Assembly: GCF_001194135.2 (NCBI RefSeq)
Contig: NC_068994.1
Span: 47,847,873-47,911,872 of the forward strand
DNA from: Octopus bimaculoides
Lineage: Eukaryota
Length of the DNA: 64,000 bases
Direction of reading: 5' to 3'
This document shows positions 27,530 to 41,039 of this stretch, one piece after another. The notes beneath the pieces were generated by a model, which worked only from the letters and a program-made list of their open reading frames with translations, was not told where the DNA came from and did not search any database. Made by a program: the position numbers and the translations under genes. Position 1 is the first letter of the stretch, and each line of letters starts with the position of its first letter.

Positions 27530-27720
27530 ATACCAACCTACTCGTCAGTTGTTCGAACCCACTGGCTTCACCTACCCACATTATCCTTGTGAAGCCAACC
27601 ACTTAGGCATTCAATTACTACAGCCAGCCCTTCAATTCCAAAAGATTGGCCTTCAGGAATTTCTCTCCTTGCTCATGTCTGATCCTCAGATGTCTTGTAA
27701 AATTTCAAGGCAAATATTTA
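27530..27720 (+). mobile_element. LINE 3' end remnant (CR1/L2/Jockey group)
   Basis: Weak frameshifted similarity to the HPF.V..RT.QY..SF.P.T..LWN.LP tail. Confidence 0.35.
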
Positions 27721-28331
27721 TAATATCAATATCACTGCCCTAGAAGGACCAAGATCTAGCCTGTGTGAGTATGGTACATAAATATGTATATATACGAATA
27801 TGTTGCATATGTATACATACATACATACATGATTGTGTACATGCATATATGTGTGTGTATATGTATATATATATATATATATATACATACATACATACAC
27901 ACAAGCACATACCTACGCGCATCTAGCAATATATGTCTATAACATATATATGTATATATATGTATATTTATATACACATATATATGAAAATATGCATATC
28001 TGTATGTGCATAGATATCTATATATAAACAGGTAGGTAGATTGAAAGAGAGAGGTGCATATGTGTATACAATTATATACATATGGAAGTCAGTATGACTT
28101 TCATGTGTGTGTATGCATGTATAAGTCCACCTTTGTATACACATATATGGGAACATATATGTATCTTTAAGTATGTCTTTCTGTATGTGTATATATATGT
28201 ACAAGTTTATATACACACACACACATGTATGTACATCTATAAAGATGCATAATTGTATGTACATATAAATGACTGTGAATATATGTGTATAAAAGTCCTG
28301 CGCACATACACATACACACACACTGAGATAG

Positions 28332-28373
<42 letters not shown>

Positions 28374-29159
28374 CTTTAACATGAATAGTATTGACTGTGA
28401 CTTCAAAGTTTCGGCTAACTAAGCTATCATCAAACAGTCCAATGATGGCTTAGTTGACCAAAACTTTGAAGTCGCTGTAAATAATATTCTTATTAAAGAA
28501 TAATAAATTTGTACAAAAGTATAGGTTAATGTGAAGTCATTTTTATTATAACTGAATACAAACAGAAACACACATATACAGACATACATTAATATCATAT
28601 ATGTATATGTGTGTATATATACACACATACATACATGAGTATATATGTACTTAGATTTAAGGTTTGAAATATGTATAGATTATATGTATCCATATGAGTA
28701 TACTTACATGTTTATGTATATGTATGTGTGAGCATATGTATATGTGTATGTGTGTACACACACCTATATATATACATTTATGTTTATTTGTGTGTGTCTA
28801 TATATTTATGTAGGTATAGATTATTCTTAATATGTTACTCTGAAGAATCATTTTATTCAATTCAATTCAATCTATATATTTAAACTTCTTCCTCCTATAG
28901 ATTTCATTGTAATAGTATATTGGAGTTTAATGTTATGTTAATTATTCAGCTTTTAAATGTGGTGTACTTGCTTTATGTTGTTTAAACACCAATTCAATAT
29001 AACGAATATGTATATGTGCATCTGTTTATTACCTATATGCATGTGTGTGTGTAAATATATATATATATACACACACACATACATATATATACAGACACAC
29101 ACATATATAGATAGATAGATAGATACGCTTCAAATATGCTTTAGGCATATCTTATATTT

Positions 29160-29818
29160 TATTTTTTATTTTCTATCTTTTGCTTGTGTCAGACATTGGA
29201 ATGCAGCCCTACTGAAGCACTGCCTTGGAGATTTTTTAGTCAAACGAATCAGCCACAGCACTTTTTTTAATTATGTTTTTTTTTAACCCTGTTACTTATT
29301 CTATTGGTCTCTTTTGCCAAACTATTAAGTTATGGGAGCTTAAAGATACAAACACCAATTGTCAAGCAAACAGATACACACACACACACATATATATAAT
29401 GAGCTTTCNNNNNNNNNNNNNNNNNNNNNNNNNNNNNNNNNNNNNNNNNNNNNNNNNNNNNNNNNNNNNNNNNNNNNNNNNNNNNNNNNNNNNNNNNNNN
29501 NNNNNNNNNNNNNNNNNNNNNNNNNNNNNNNNNNNNNNNNNNNNNNNNNNNNNNNNNNNNNNNNNNNNNNNNNNNNNNNNNNNNNNNNNNNNNNNNNNNN
29601 NNNNNNNNNNNNNNNNNNNNNNNNNNNNNNNNNNNNNNNNNNNNNNNNNNNNNNNNNNNNNNNNNNNNNNNNNNNNNNNNNNNNNNNNNNNNNNNNNNNN
29701 NNNNNNNNGGGTTCAGTGCCACTGCATGGTACCTTGTGTAAGTGTCTTCTACTATAGCCTTAGTCTGCCCAAAGCTTTGTAAGTGGATTTTGTTGATAGA
29801 AAATGAAAGAAGCCTGTC

Positions 29819-29862
<44 letters not shown>

Positions 29863-30080
29863 GTGTGTCTGTGTTTGCCCCTTCTCCCACCCACATCTCT
29901 TGACAACCGAATGTTGGAGTGTTTACATCCCATTAGCTAGCAGTTTGGCAAAAAAGACTGATATAATAAGCACTAGACTTACAAAGAATAATTCCTGGGG
30001 GCGATTTCTTTGACTAAAACCCTTTAAGGCAGTGCTCCAGTATGGCCGCAGTCATGACTGAAACATGTAAAAGGATAAAA
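29160..30080. mobile_element. Head-to-head inverted pair of SINE A copies flanking an N-gap
   Basis: 29160-29408 is the minus-strand tail half; 29709-30080 is a plus-strand copy. Confidence 0.8.
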
Positions 30081-30139
30081 GATTATGTATTATGTGTGTG
30101 TGCATGTTTGTGTAGAATTCCTATATCTATATATTATAT

Positions 30140-30620
30140 ATATATGGGCAGGAAGCCATGATAGTTTTCTGGAGGACATTGGTGCTTAGCTGCCTGAATT
30201 ATAGCTCTAAATTATGGTTACCGTATAGCATAATATTAATGGCAATGTTTAAAGCCATGTAATACTGCTACACAAGGAATATTGCCTAAATGCAACAGAT
30301 CAGATATTGGGAATGTCTGAAAATTTAGGTTACACTCTGAAGTGGGAATACAGGAAACATATGCAGTAATATATCTCTGTAAATTCCTGGAAAGACAGGC
30401 ATTTCAAAGATATTCTAATCCCTAAACAGGGCAGTAAGGCATAGTGCCAAGAATTCCATCCTTGTCGTCCAGATTTCAAACCAAATATTTCAGCTCATTA
30501 GTATTGAAAAGCCTACGACTTTTCATAATTCTATTGGAAAAACTTCCTAGACATGCATGTTATGGATGTAGATGTTTTTGAAATGTAACTGTGATTTCTA
30601 TTGTCTACTATTCTTCATGT
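30140..30620 (+). mobile_element. CR1/L2-group LINE 3' remnant
   Basis: RTLVLSCLNYSSKLWLPYS..YWECLKI resembles the CR1 tail (LVRPHLEY....W.P..SY.ERL..L). Confidence 0.65.
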
Positions 30621-31408
30621 GCCTACACAAGTAGATGCAGTAATTTCTAACTCTGCCATTCATCAACTACCAACTAAAGAAGGGGGAATCTGCCAAAGTG
30701 TAACAACACCCATAGCAGTGACCCAGCATAGCCACAGATGAAGCGCTGAAACACATCATTCATAAAAAATATATATGAATGTGTATATGTGTGTGTGTGT
30801 ACATGGATGTAGTATGTACATATACTAAAGTACATTGTGTGTGTATATATATATTTATAAAATAAGCATATATATATGCATGTATATATACATATATACT
30901 GTATATACACATATATAAATATCCATATGTATACATATACATGTATATATGTGTGTGTGTGTATATATGTGTGCGTATGTATGTATGTATATAGAAATAA
31001 ATATAAACAGATCAAATGTGAATTACTCCCATGCTCAGTATAGAATCATCCCATCTGTAAACGTTCCATTGTCAGTATTAATCTTACTTTAAAATATTGA
31101 CCAGGTATATGTATATATATATGTACACACAAGAACATAAAGAGAGGCAGATATATACATAATACATATATCCTTATATACATTATACATATATGAGTAT
31201 GTGTGTGTGTATATACACTTATAAATATGTCTGTATTGCATATGTATGCTTGTGTCTATAAGTATATACACACACGTGTGTGTGTGTATTTTTGTATATA
31301 TTTACATGGATACATTTGTATATTTATGTATACATGAATATATGTAATGTTCATATATAAGACATACACATACATATATGTATATATTCTTGTGTGTGTA
31401 TATATGTG

Positions 31409-31466
<58 letters not shown>

Positions 31467-31599
31467 TATATATGGCCAGTGGGATGGCATTGTTCAAAGG
31501 TTATAACTATGCTAGGAAGCACACCATATATTAGTGTATGTCTGTGCATTTAAATGTACGTATGTATATATTACTGTTATTAGTATTTTGTTCTACCCA

Positions 31600-32460
31600 C
31601 TTCCTAGCTAGCAAGGCATGGATAGTTCTTTTCCAATATGTCTTGCTTTTGTTGCATCCATTTGTTTGATCAATCTGAGATCAACTTTCAGCCTGCCTAC
31701 TCATGCCTTCCTTGGACTCTCTCATCTGCTATCTTCAATCTTGTTCTTCATTCTTGCCCCCTACAATTGATTTCTCTAATACTATTGATTGATATTGATA
31801 TGGGTTGAGAGATCTGTATGTAGGAATCTAACAGAACTGTTAGATATAGTTTAACTGGATTCTAGACTGGATGCAGTGAATAAGTGCAAGAGATGATGCT
31901 TTCAGGTTGATGGTTCGTTGAATGTAGTGCCACCATTCTAGTCATCAGTTTGTTGACACTACAGCTCTGAAATGGTTGTAGTGATCTGAACAAAAGTCTG
32001 CACCTCAGTATGGCCTACAAAAGTGTTTGCATGGTTTGGTCCCATTTTAGTGCCCATAGAGGCTCTATTGAATGTTTGTAAAATTCACCAAACAATCAAG
32101 AGTGAGAAACGATTGGCTTAGAGAGGAGGGTGGTAGTATTGGGTACAGGGATAGGCTCTCACTGAAAGACTAGAGACTGACAAAACCAATTTGCCAATCT
32201 ATCCAGAGTGGAGGAGGGTGGATATTTATAAACTGAAATGATAAGAAAGCCTGGATTGCTGAGTTTGTAGATATTTAGATGAAGCTAATGGTGTAGTTAG
32301 CCACATGAACTTTCTCTGATGTGGACCCTCATGGTTTGCAACTAACATTCATCTCAATACAATTATATCACTCCAAAGATTACAACACTTCTACATTACT
32401 ACCGTCTCCTCATATCTTTCATCTGCTACTCATACCATCCACTGCACATCAGTATCCATT
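31600..32460 (-). mobile_element. Penelope-type reverse transcriptase remnant
   Basis: ASMGTKMGPNHANTFVG at ~32010-32065 (cf. GVAMGTKMGPNYANLFVG). Confidence 0.75.
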
Positions 32461-32499
32461 GTGTGCTTCACACACACATGCACGAACATATATAGATAT

Positions 32500-32830
32500 A
32501 TTCTTTTATTCTTTTCAGTCATTTGACTACGGCCATGTTGAAGCACCACCTTGAAATATTTTTGTCAAGCAGTTCACCACCAGGACATATTTTTTAAGTC
32601 CTAGTACTTATTCTATCAGTCTCTTTACAGGGATGTAAACACACCAACACCAGTTGTCTAGTGATGATGGGGAGGACAAACACACACACATATACAATAG
32701 GCATCTTTCAGTTTCTATCTACCAAATCCACTCACAAGGCTTTAGTAGAAGATACTCTCCCATGGTGTCACACAGTGGGACTGAACCCAGAATAATGTGG
32801 TTGAGAAGCAAGTTTCTTACCACACAGCTG
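32500..32830 (-). mobile_element. SINE family A, old CpG-decayed copy
   Basis: Family similarity with internal deletions. Confidence 0.8.
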
Positions 32831-33124
32831 CATATAGAAATTTATATATGTATATATATTGATATATATATATAAATCTATTTGTTGATATATATAAATC
32901 TACATGTATATTTATTTAAATATGTATATACTAAAATTTATTGTCTGTCCATGTTTCCTTCCGGTATGTCATGCTCTGGCAATCAGGAAGGCAAAATGAT
33001 ACAACTGAGTGCTGCAGTTACCGACTAATACACATGCAATAACAATATAAACAGCATCCGCTTTACAACTGATGCATAAACATGGTACAGGTTACAAATT
33101 TGGGGTTCTGTCTTTGTTTTAAAT

Positions 33125-33631
33125 CAAGGGTGGGGAAACCTTTTAAGTGCAGCAGGCAAAAATTTACAAAGGAAAGGTCTGTGGACAGATCACAAGTTCT
33201 AACTCTTACATCTGTTTAGATCTTGTATATATCTATGTATATCTAATTCGATATATACATTAATAAAAATAAGTTTAACATTAAATTAACACGTAACATC
33301 TTCATTAATGCCGCCACTGAATTTGAGGTTTCTATATTTTTCAGCTAGAGTGTAGTTGGGTCTCAAGGTGGTGGTACAAACCTAGCAATATGTGTTTTAT
33401 AGTGAAAACAATATTTCCATTCAAATGGACGATTTTTTGTTCAAGTCTAACTGTTTTTTAAGTCATAGTGGAAATGTGACCTATGTTGCAAATAGGCATA
33501 CAGATATTGTATAAATATTATAATTGAAAAATTTACTATATTTTGTACATGTGGGTATATCAGCCTGCAGGTGAAATAAAATGGGCTTGCAGGTGCAATT
33601 GCACCCACAGACAGGGGTTTCCCCTCCCCTG
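33125..33631. mobile_element. hAT (Charlie-like) MITE
   Basis: 16-bp TIRs CAAGGGTGGGGAAACC / GGTTTCCCCTCCCCTG; 8-bp TSD TTTTAAAT / TTTTAAAC (7 of 8 match). Confidence 0.85.
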
Positions 33632-34237
33632 TTTTAAACTCTATTACCAACTGATCCTCATCGTTGAAGCTGTCAAATGTTACCTTCCAACCTGCAAGAA
33701 ATAACAGCCAAATTCCCTCAAACCACACCATATTGTCTTGAAAATAAATCTGGTGGATAATTTGGTCCTGGTCTCTGTACAGTTATTTGTGAGTTTGGTT
33801 GGTTTATACCTAGGTATTTAAAGTTTTCAGCTTGAGACTTAAGAGTAGATGTGCAGATATAAATATAGTTTGCTCTAATAAATAATATATAATTGTATAC
33901 AAATTGTTTTTGCTGACCAATCTGCAAATTGTGCTGTTTACCGTATTGTTTGTTGTTGGGTATCTGCAACCAAATTGGTTGACCAATGATTTGAATTTGG
34001 TGAAACTCAGTTCCAGCTGGTTTCAGATTGGCTGGTCAAATTAAACTATATGTGTGCATGTATGTATATATATTTGAAAGTCTATGAGAATTACTTAATA
34101 CAGTTTTGAAGTGTAAAGGTGATTTTAAAGAAACAAATGTTATGAAATCTTTTATCAGGTTGTTATTAACCTTTCTTGGGAAGAAGTTCTTTTCCTAGTG
34201 TACGAGCACTTTCGATTAACCTTTTCAAACATACATA

Positions 34238-34569
34238 TATCATCATCATCATCATCATCGTTTAACGTCCGCTTTCCATGCTAGCATGGGTTGGACGATT
34301 TGACTGAGGACTGGTGAAACCGGATGGCAACACCAGGCTCCAATCTAAATTTGGCAGAGTTTCTACAGCTGGATGCCCTTCCTAACGCCAACCACTCAGA
34401 GAGTGTAGTGGGTGCTTTTACGTATCACCCGCACGACGGCCAGTCAAGCGGTACTGGCAACGGCCACGCTCGAAATGGTGTCTTTTATGTGCCACCCACA
34501 CAAAAGCCAGTCCAGGGGCACTGGTAACGATCTCGCTCGAAAACCCTACGAAGGCCAGTCAGGCAGCAC
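34238..34569 (-). mobile_element. Retroposon family D ((ATG)n tail), young copy with internal repeat, cut by gap
   Basis: Near-identical to 45590-45900. Confidence 0.85.
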
Positions 34570-34883
34570 NNNNNNNNNNNNNNNNNNNNNNNNNNNNNNN
34601 NNNNNNNNNNNNNNNNNNNNNNNNNNNNNNNNNNNNNNNNNNNNNNNNNNNNNNNNNNNNNNNNNNNNNNNNNNNNNNNNNNNNNNNNNNNNNNNNNNNN
34701 NNNNNNNNNNNNNNNNNNNNNNNNNNNNNNNNNNNNNNNNNNNNNNNNNNNNNNNNNNNNNNNNNNNNNNNNNNNNNNNNNNNNNNNNNNNNNNNNNNNN
34801 NNNNNNNNNNNNNNNNNNNNNNNNNNNNNNNNNNNNNNNNNNNNNNNNNNNNNNNNNNNNNNNNNNNNNNNNNNNNNNNNNNN

Positions 34884-34950
34884 GTGGAACAGCTAAATTA
34901 TAAGGATGTGAACACACCAACACCAGTTGTCAAACAGTGTAGTGAGGGAT

Positions 34951-35001
<51 letters not shown>

Positions 35002-35160
35002 CAACAGGCTTCTTTCAGTTTCCGTTCACCAAATTCACTCATAAGGTTTTAGTTGGCTGAGGCCATAGTAGAAGACACTTGCCCAAGGTGCTGTGCTGTG
35101 GAACTGAATCCAGAAGCATGTGGTTGAGAAGCAAACTTTTTAACACACAGCTATGCCTGC
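34884..35160 (-). mobile_element. SINE family A
   Basis: Family similarity. Confidence 0.8.
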
Positions 35161-36539
35161 ACCAATAATATATGTATATATATAATTATATATTATTTAA
35201 AGCAACTAAACCTAAACAATTGTCTTGTTCATTTATTGGCAAGTTTTCCTAACTAGCATGGGCAAGGTAAGGATTTATTTGAGTTGGGATTTTACAGCCT
35301 GATGTTCTTCTTGCCTTTAGCCCTTACTTGTTTCCCAAGTAAGGAATATTTTTGTTCTAGATGTTATCTACAGTGTACAGCATCTGCTCTTAATGTCATC
35401 AAAGAATGCCACCATCATTATCTCCTTTTCACTCAAGCAATGACAAGCAGTGAATAGCAACATATGCTTACACACACTCGCACACATTACTCACATATAC
35501 ATGAAGGGGGCTTCATGCAATTTTCATCTACCAAATTCATTTGTTAAGGCATTGGTTAGTCCAGAGCTATTTTAGAAGACACCTGCACAAAGTGCCACAG
35601 CATGTTATTGTACTGAACCCCCCCCCCAAAAAAAAAGCCATGTGATTGCAAAAGGAACTTCTTAACTACACAGCCATCCCTGCATGTGTGTGTGTGTGTA
35701 CTTCTGATTATGTGAATTTCAAGGATTATGTGAGGAAATCTATACATAATCTGACTTGCACTAAAATACATGTATAAGTACTATAAATAAATAACTTTAT
35801 AATATACTTTCCAGGTTTGATTTTTGTATGTATGTATATATGTGCATGCGATATGTGTGTAACTTNNNNNNNNNNNNNNNNNNNNNNNNNNNNNNNNNNN
35901 NNNNNNNNNNNNNNNNNNNNNNNNNNNNNNNNNNNNNNNNNNNNNNNNNNNNNNNNNNNNNNNNNNNNNNNNNNNNNNNNNNNNNNNNNNNNNNNNNNNN
36001 NNNNNNNNNNNNNNNNNNNNNNNNNNNNNNNNNNNNNNNNNNNNNNNNNNNNNNNNNNNNNNNNNNNNNNNNNNNNNNNNNNNNNNNNNNNNNNNNNNNN
36101 NNNNNNNNNNNNNNNNNNNNNNNNNNNNNNNNNNNNNNNNNNNNNNNNNNNNNNNNNNNNNNNNNNNNNNNNNNNNNNNNNNNNNNNNNNNNNNNNNNNN
36201 NNNNNNNNNNNNNNNNNNNNNNNNNNNNNNNNNNNNNNNNNNNNNNNNNNNNNNNNNNNNNNNNNNNNNNNNNNNNNNNNNNNNNNNNNNNNNNNNNNNN
36301 NNNNNNNNNNNNNNNNNNNNNNNNNNNNNNNNNNNNNNNNNNNNNNNNNNNNNNNNNNNNNNNNNNNNNNNNNNNNNNNNNNNNNNNNNNNNNNNNNNNN
36401 NNNNNNNNNNNNNNNNNNNNNNNNNNNNNNNNNNNNNNNNNNNNNNNNNNNNNNNNNNNNNNNNNNNNNNNNNNNNNNNNNNNNNNNNNNNNNNTATATA
36501 TATATATATATCATTGGGTTTAGTAGGAAGTGGTGAAGG

Positions 36540-36760
36540 TGAATTGGTATGAACTTCAATGTGGCTGTCTAGTATGAGAAGTTGTGGATGGTATATTTCA
36601 TGTTTTCCTTGACGAAAATGTAATCCAATGCTCTCTGACTCACTTTCTGTCTTGCCAATAGACTTTGGCTTCCTACAGTTATTACATAGGTGCAAACACT
36701 TTGATTCAATCAAACTCACTCCAAGCTTTGGCTTCCTGCAACCACATTATACACGGACAT
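36540..36760 (-). mobile_element. Possible Penelope GIY-YIG remnant
   Basis: CNNCRKPKSIGKTE resembles C..C...YIGKTER; otherwise degraded. Confidence 0.35.
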
Positions 36761-37099
36761 GACACATGATACAGAGAGCTATTTACACACACACATAGTT
36801 TTATGCAGGACACTTATATGAATGTGTATATCAGTATCTTTTGTGTGATACACACATACTTAGATGTTGAGATGTGGATTCTTAACCCTGCTGACACATA
36901 TATACATCCACATAGACAAAAGCTACAGAATACCATTAGCGGTATATGTGGGTAACAACACACACCAAGTATTAGTATTTTTGACCTTTGTAGGCTGTCC
37001 AAGACTGGTGACCTTGATAGTGTTAATGATCTTTTTAAACTGTGACAAGTCAACACCTGCTTCAAAAGATATGAGCTGGGAGTTAATTCCAGAAGGCTG

Positions 37100-38000
37100 A
37101 CATTCGGAGGAAGAAGGACTGGGTATAGTGGTTAGTGTGGGACAGCGGGGTGGCCAGAGGTAGAGAAACCAACCAACTCCAAGGACAGAAGCTATTATAA
37201 TGGCAATAGAAAAGACAAATAGAAAGAGGCAACAACACGCTTGTAGATCAGAAGCTGGAGCATGTCTGTGAGTGATTTAAAGCAAATTAGTTCAATGTAT
37301 CTTCAGGATACAATTCAGAATATCTGAGTGTGTAGTAGCAGCAGCATCCAAGCTGTGGGGGCAATCCTTCATTGTGGGTCTCTCTGTCTTTTGGATGCAG
37401 TCATAGCCATGATAAGGATGTATCTTTAACACAAGTTGATCCTCAATATTAATGGGGCTCAGCATTTGCAGGAACTTTGAGGGCTCTAGTTGAGAGCTGG
37501 TCATGTTTAGCGGTGTGTGGTGCAATGTTTTTTTTTCCTTAATATGTGTAATGTTTGAGTTTTTTCACTGTTAAAAGAAACAAGATTGGCATGGCTCCAC
37601 CAAAGGATAACCTCAAGGTCTTCATGCATAGAATCAGTACAAGTTTGGCATGTAGCGTCTTGGTTGATGCAGGGTTAGGAACATTTAAAGAGGGATGAAG
37701 GATTGTATCCTTCTGTGGATCTGGCTCTGCAGAAGCCATGCTGGTAGCTTTCTCTATAAGGCTGTTGCTCATAGAGCCATTGTTGTTGAGAATGGAGGAA
37801 AAGAGAACTCCACAAAGCTGGAGATTCTTTTGGCAAGAGACCAGAAAGAGCAAGTAAAGTTTAGAAGGCAGGAAAGCTCAAGGGCCATGCAATGCATAGA
37901 CATCCTTTGCAGACCAGGTGATGCCCTTACAAGAGTTAAACTGATGAGGAACATTACCTGGTTTTGGGTAGAGGGTACAAATCTCCAGGAGTTGTAAACC
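37100..38000 (-). mobile_element. LINE remnant (CR1/L2/Jockey group)
   Basis: CSFWSLAKRISSFVEFSFPP in the pre-RT region and a frameshifted 3' KRVVASF..FYCHYNSFCPWS (cf. HRRNVASLSLFYRYY.G.CS.EL). Confidence 0.6.
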
Positions 38001-38249
38001 CTGTTGTTATTTTTTGCCCCACCCCAACAACAGGTGTGTATAGCTTTGAGTGAACTGAATTCAAAAACACTTGAACTCGTGTAAAGTCAATATTTAAATG
38101 AAAATCTTTTCTATTTTTAAATGTAGTGGATATGTTATGAATCATTGTCTTCTTGATTATTTGAGATCATGTGTGTATACATACATACACACGCACACAC
38201 ATTTAAACTCATATATAAAAATATATTAATGGTTGTTAGTGGTGTAGGG

Positions 38250-39450
38250 TGATGGTCTCCTTTTAAAGTTATAAAGTTGTCTGTGAATGCAGTTCAGAAA
38301 CATTTCACCATAGCTATAGAGTAATGGAGTTTTAATGAAATGAATATATTGTGCCCGTCCATGGCATAAAGATGAAGTGGGCTATTATTCTCCTTATATA
38401 TTTTTAGCTTGAGAAAGTAAACTCCATTTAAGGTGATAAAGTATTGAATTATACTTAAACTATCAAATGCCAGAGTAAATGCATTCCACGTGATGCTTGA
38501 AATCTTTGGCTCTGTCATCAGAATACTCAAGTCAAGGCTGAAGCAGATTGGATGTCTGACAGCAGTTTAACAGTCTCTGAGACTCTTAGTTGTTTGAAGT
38601 ACAGCAGTTCGTTTTTAAAGAATTTGTCTGCAAGTGGTACAAAATTTATTATTGACTGTTCAAAGATTTTAAAATGGAACATGGACCTCACACTTCAAGT
38701 AGTAGAAAGAAATAATCATATTCACTGGGGGCCAAGACACAATACTTGATCAGTTCAAATATTCAGCACTTGGTAATGAAATACTTCATCTTTCTTGACT
38801 AACTGGAAAAACCCTGTTTTAAGAGTTCATGCTTGTCAATGTTTGTTTGGCCAGGAAGGATATCTTCTAGAATATTTTAATATTTGGAATTTGTAGTGGA
38901 AATAATGAAGAGTCACATGCAGCTGAAATGGTAAACATGTTGTGTTGTTGCATCCTGTGTTTGTACATGCATTCATTGAAATGTAGTTTGAGGGGAAACT
39001 TGAACGAAGAATGCTGACCAAGCTTCCCTCCAGCTACATTATTGTTGATTACGTGTTGTATATGCTTTTAAGAGGTGATCCTCGACTCTTTTTGATTAAT
39101 TCTAATGCAGCTCAATGTCTTAGATTGCATTTTAGCAAATATGTCCACTGTAAACTGATGAAAGAATTTCACTTACTTGCCAGTGGTAGGATTAATTGTC
39201 TCAAGTCATGAAGTGTTAGACATAGAAATCCATGCATGAAAAAAATTTTTAAGAAAAATTTGATGTGGCCTATGGTATTCCAGGACAATATCCATCTTCA
39301 CCACCGACATAAAGAAGAGGATATTGCATTGAATAATAGGATCTATGTCTCATATTTTGGGAAAGTGTTGTCTTTGCACTTACCTTTGCCATTGGCATGC
39401 ATGTTCTCCAAAAGGCCACAATAGCAGATTGAAAACTTCAATATGGCTCA
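38250..39450 (-). mobile_element. Helitron Rep-domain remnant
   Basis: HRSYYSMQYPLLYVGGEDGY, FFHQFTVDIFAKMQSKTLSCIRINQK and ILEDILPGQTNIDKHEL appear in the order expected for Helitron Rep (HRSYDALQYPL..GEDG; LFHQF.VDMYAKIESERL..IR.NQ; NLLPGQ..DRHDL). Confidence 0.8.
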
Positions 39451-39724
39451 GACTCCATTACATATTTGAAATTTCTGACCCAGCTTTTCTTTGCAGAGAC
39501 TATCTTTTTCTATCTCTCTCACCCTTTCTGTCTTTCAGTTTCCCTTTTCCCTTCTTGTTTTTATTTACTTTTCCATATCTTCTTACATTTTAATTCGACA
39601 TTCACCACTTACATTTGCAAAAACCATTGCATTTTTTTTTTTTACATAGCAATTACATTTATATTTAAAATTACAATTTTTCAATTTCCTTTTACCCTAC
39701 AATTGTATTTTTATTTAACTGGTA

Positions 39725-39950
39725 TGAATTAAGACAGCAAGCTGGCAGAATCATTAGTGCATCAGAAAAAATGCTTAGCAGCATTCCTTCTGGCTTTTTA
39801 TATTGTGTTCAAATTCTACTGAGGTCAGCTTTGTCTTTCATCCTTTTTGGGGTTGATAAAATATGTATCAATCAAGTATTGGACTTGATGTAATCGATCT
39901 TCCCCCTCCCCCTCAAAATTGATGACCTTGTGCCAAAATTAGAAAGAGTT
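39725..39950 (+). mobile_element. SINE family B
   Basis: Family similarity. Confidence 0.8.
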
Positions 39951-40804
39951 AATGTATATGAATTGCTAATAAAAGGGAATGCTACATTTAGTCATGGACT
40001 TGCGCCCACAAAATTTAACTTCCTGCTTTAATTAATTAAAATTAAATGAATACAAAAACAACAAATACTGGAAGAAAGAGGGGGCAGGTGATTGAAAGTA
40101 GGAGGTGGTAATAATAAAAGAGAAAGAGAGAGGTAGGAAGAGTATAAAAGGACTTGATAGTAATAAAGCAGTGAGAGAGAGAAGGTGGGGGGGGTTGACA
40201 GAAAGAAAGAGATAGAGAAGTCGTTGATGGAAAGAGAGAGAAGCGGGGATAGAGGAAGAATGGAAGCAGAAAAAAAGCTATCAGAGAGGAGCAGGAAGAG
40301 GCAGAAGAGAAAGACAGGGATTTAGAATTATGGTAGTAGTGGAGATGCAATCAATTGATATAACTATATTCAAAAGAAAGAAAGGAAGAGAAGATGGAAA
40401 TACACATAAACACCACGTAAGCTTTTTCTGTTGTAAATATATATATATAGTGTATTTTGTGTGTACAAATAGATATATGACTGCTACCGTTAAGTTTAGA
40501 GCTCCATGTACAAAAATCTTTATCCAGTCTGCTTCCAGTATGGTGGGTATGCAAATAGTATGTTTTGTAGTATTGCTAGTTATGATATACAGAGCAAATG
40601 TGGGAGAAATTACGATAAGTATTCATTTGTATTATTTGTTCCTATGTATGTTTCTCTGCCAAATCAGATTGGAGCCTGGTGTCGCCTCCTGGTCCACCAG
40701 TCCTCAGTCAAATCATCCAACCCATGCTAGCATGGAAAGCGGACGTTAGACGACGATGATGATGATGATGATGTTTCCCTATTGCGGTTGTTTAGAACAC
40801 TTTA

Positions 40805-40861
40805 GTTACAGAGAACTAATGTCTGGAGGAGTAATGTTCCCAGACATTAGTTATCTGTAAC
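40805..40861. other. 22-bp inverted repeat with 13-nt loop (pre-miRNA-like or micro-MITE)
   Basis: GTTACAGAGAACTAATGTCTGG / CCAGACATTAGTTATCTGTAAC, 21 of 22 complementary. Confidence 0.8.
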
Positions 40862-41039
40862 ATAATGCAATAAAATGTTCCCTGGTGATCTAGAACATCC
40901 AATGCAGAATACCAAACAACCACAATGGCGAAACATATGTAGGGACAAATGATATAAACTTGTGTTTATCGTAATTTCTCCTTTATACATGTGGGGGGGG
41001 GGGATCACAGAAAGTGTTACTGAAAATTTGATTAGGAAC

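Larger units (their letters stand above)
25160..29130. repeat. Multiple compound AT/GT microsatellite fields
   Basis: Direct; interspersed with short unique and TE segments. Confidence 0.85.

Noticed and set aside
33447-33731. Exon-like minus-strand ORF (GWKVTFDSFNDEDQLVIEFKTGEGKPLSVG..) with a TTTCTTGCAG acceptor
   Set aside because: Most of it is the right end of the hAT MITE (TIR 33616-33631, TSD present). The acceptor comes from a short dispersed repeat also seen at ~58420 and ~61440.
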